From Ignavibacteria bacterium (GTDB taxonomy: Bacteria > Bacteroidota > Ignavibacteria > Tepidaquicellales > OLB5), in NCBI GenBank assembly GCA_043744495.1, contig JAYTUN010000171.1:1-51898 (forward strand): 51,898 nt of DNA. The letters run 5' to 3'. Of the stretch, positions 50,495 to 51,898 are shown piece by piece. The notes beneath the pieces are model-generated. The model worked only from the letters and a program-made list of their open reading frames with translations, was not told the origin of the DNA and searched no databases. How positions within the stretch are numbered: position 1 is the stretch's first letter; the number at the start of each line of letters is the position of its first letter. The translations under genes were made by a program, and so were the position numbers.

Positions 50495-51325
50495 CTAATA
50501 GAATCTGTGAAAACTATCAAAAACAAAATTGACGATTAATATTGAAAAGACTGCCAGAACAAATCCAATAAGAGCTAGTTTCATTGTCGTCCTGCTCTGC
50601 GTCCTGTAGATCTTAATACTTATATAACCGAGCAGGTAAATTACCCATACAAAAAAAGTTGCAACAAGTTTCGGGTCTGCATACGAAAAATCTTTAATTG
50701 CGCTAGGCAGCCAGATAGCACCTATTACTATAGTTATTGTCAGGAATGTAAATCCGAAAATGATTGAATTCGCTGCGAGTTTTTCAAGAAGGTAAAGTGA
50801 CGGCAGTTTCTTATAAAAATTACTTGGTTTATTGCCCTTTATATGCCTGTACATCATAAGATACAGAAAACCATATATTCCGGAAATAATTATGGCTGAG
50901 TAACCAACGAGTGCTGTTGAAACATGCACACCAAGCAGCCAGCTTTTTAAAACAGGATTTATTTCCGCAAGTTCCTTTATAAAAATTGTTGATACCAGCT
51001 GAAATACTGTTGCAATTATCAGGATAAAAAAACCTGTTTGAGTAACACCTGTTTTGTATTCTATATAAAGATATGTTACCAGGATCCCAAAAGCAAGTAA
51101 GGTCATCAGTTCAAATGGTGTTGTAATAGGTGCATGTTTAAAATCAATTCCCCTTGCTGCGAAATAAAGGAACTGAGTCAATACAAGAATCCTTAAACTG
51201 ACTATAGTTTGTTTGCCATCTGTGTTAGTTTTGGAAAAGAAATGTTTCCCATAGATTACAGTGCAAACAACGTAAGTTATTGCCAGTAAATAATTTAGAA
51301 GATTTATTATTATCTCAGGAATCAT
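50495..51325 (-). CDS. cytochrome c assembly CcsA/HemX-like membrane protein
   Basis: About eight TM helices, WLLGVHV, KLPSLYLLE, GAIW..DPKL; first gene of the hem operon. Confidence 0.85.
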   Translation of the reverse strand: MIPEIIINLLNYLLAITYVVCTVIYGKHFFSKTNTDGKQTIVSLRILVLTQFLYFAARGIDFKHAPITTPFELMTLLAFGILVTYLYIEYKTGVTQTGFFILIIATVFQLVSTIFIKELAEINPVLKSWLLGVHVSTALVGYSAIIISGIYGFLYLMMYRHIKGNKPSNFYKKLPSLYLLEKLAANSIIFGFTFLTITIVIGAIWLPSAIKDFSYADPKLVATFFVWVIYLLGYISIKIYRTQSRTTMKLALIGFVLAVFSILIVNFVFDSFHRFY

Positions 51326-51335
51326 GATTTCTATA

Positions 51336-51379
51336 CAAATATAGTTGCATTTACGTTACTGAAAAATGATATTTGTCAT
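51336..51379 (-). promoter_or_regulatory. hem operon promoter with Crp/Fnr-like palindrome
   Basis: TATATTTG (51336-51343, minus) and ATGAC-AAAT-ATCAT (51366-51379, minus). Confidence 0.6.
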
Positions 51380-51574
51380 ACTCTTGAATAATTTTGGTCA
51401 TATTTTGCCCTATATGTACGATATTAGAACTTTCAAATTATATATCTAAAGAAAGAGGGAAAGTACTGAGTATATTATTTATGATATATCTAGTATAATT
51501 TGTTCCGGAATTAATCGTAGTTTTTTTGTTCAAATCTTGTCATCAACTGCTGACAAAGTGCTGCACAGAAGCAG

Positions 51575-51611
51575 AAAAGCCAGGAATTTTTTACGATTCC
51601 TGGCTTTTTTT
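51575..51611. terminator. terminator hairpin downstream of the tRNA-Ala remnant
   Basis: AAAAGCCAGGAAT-N8-ATTCCTGGCTTTT. Confidence 0.75.
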
Positions 51612-51635
51612 AACACTTTTTATGACTTTGAGCGT

Positions 51636-51677
51636 TTGCATGCCATTCAAGCGCTCTCCCAGCTGTGCTACAGCCCT
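51636..51677 (-). pseudogene. tRNA-Ala(GGC) 5'-half remnant
   Basis: Minus strand AGGGCTGTAGCACAGCTGGGAGAGCGCTTGAATGGCATGCAA versus typical GGGGCTGTAGCTCAGCTGGGAGAGCGCTTGAATGGCATTCAA; T-arm missing. Confidence 0.78.
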
Positions 51678-51827
51678 ATTTAAACAATAATTATACGCAG
51701 TAAGCTTTGCACAAAATTAATACTTATTATAGGGTACTTTCAATTCACAAAAATACCCATAATTACAGCTAAATTCACAAATACTGGCAATATTATATAT
51801 CCAGTTGCCTCACATTAAAAGGTAACC

Positions 51828-51895
51828 GTAGTAGTATTATTTTTCTTTTCTTTTTTTGTTACTTTTTTTCTTTTCTTTTGTTAATATGTTAATAA
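51828..51895 (-). promoter_or_regulatory. tandem DnaA-box-like pair followed by an A-rich tract
   Basis: Minus strand TTATTAACA-TATTAACA then AAAGAAAAG..AATAATACTACTAC; cut by the window edge. Confidence 0.4.
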
Positions 51896-51898
51896 CTT

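Noticed and set aside
40370-51325. Heme operon as a novel system
   Set aside because: Standard protoporphyrin-dependent pathway genes; only the flanks and promoter are notable

Overview
AT-rich bacterial chromosomal window spanning the replication-origin region. It most likely comes from an Ignavibacteria-like FCB-group organism (inferred from the QNYPNPFNP secretion tails and TAnnTTTG promoters). Core genes are dnaA with variant DnaA boxes, mnmE, mnmG, rsmG, ettA and a ten-gene heme operon (ccsA/hemX-hemA-C-D-E-N-H-Y-B-L). The most striking feature is a stand-alone single-motif LAGLIDADG-type ORF between mnmE and mnmG. Its putative promoter is bracketed by two identical 28-bp pseudo-palindromes that read as a parS site split by 13 extra bases. 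From 13.7 to 24.3 kb lies a scarred zone: two integrase-less phage-like fragments (a JAB-motif ORF and a 1977-aa truncated polyvalent ParB/helicase/ART protein with a 153-bp allelic duplicate) and host genes broken by short tandem duplications. A TrmB-like regulator heads six secretion-tail proteins. Decayed 5' halves of tRNA-Pro(CGG) and tRNA-Ala(GGC) flank the heme operon, and nested REP-like hairpins are widespread. All calls come from reading motifs by eye; no searches were run.
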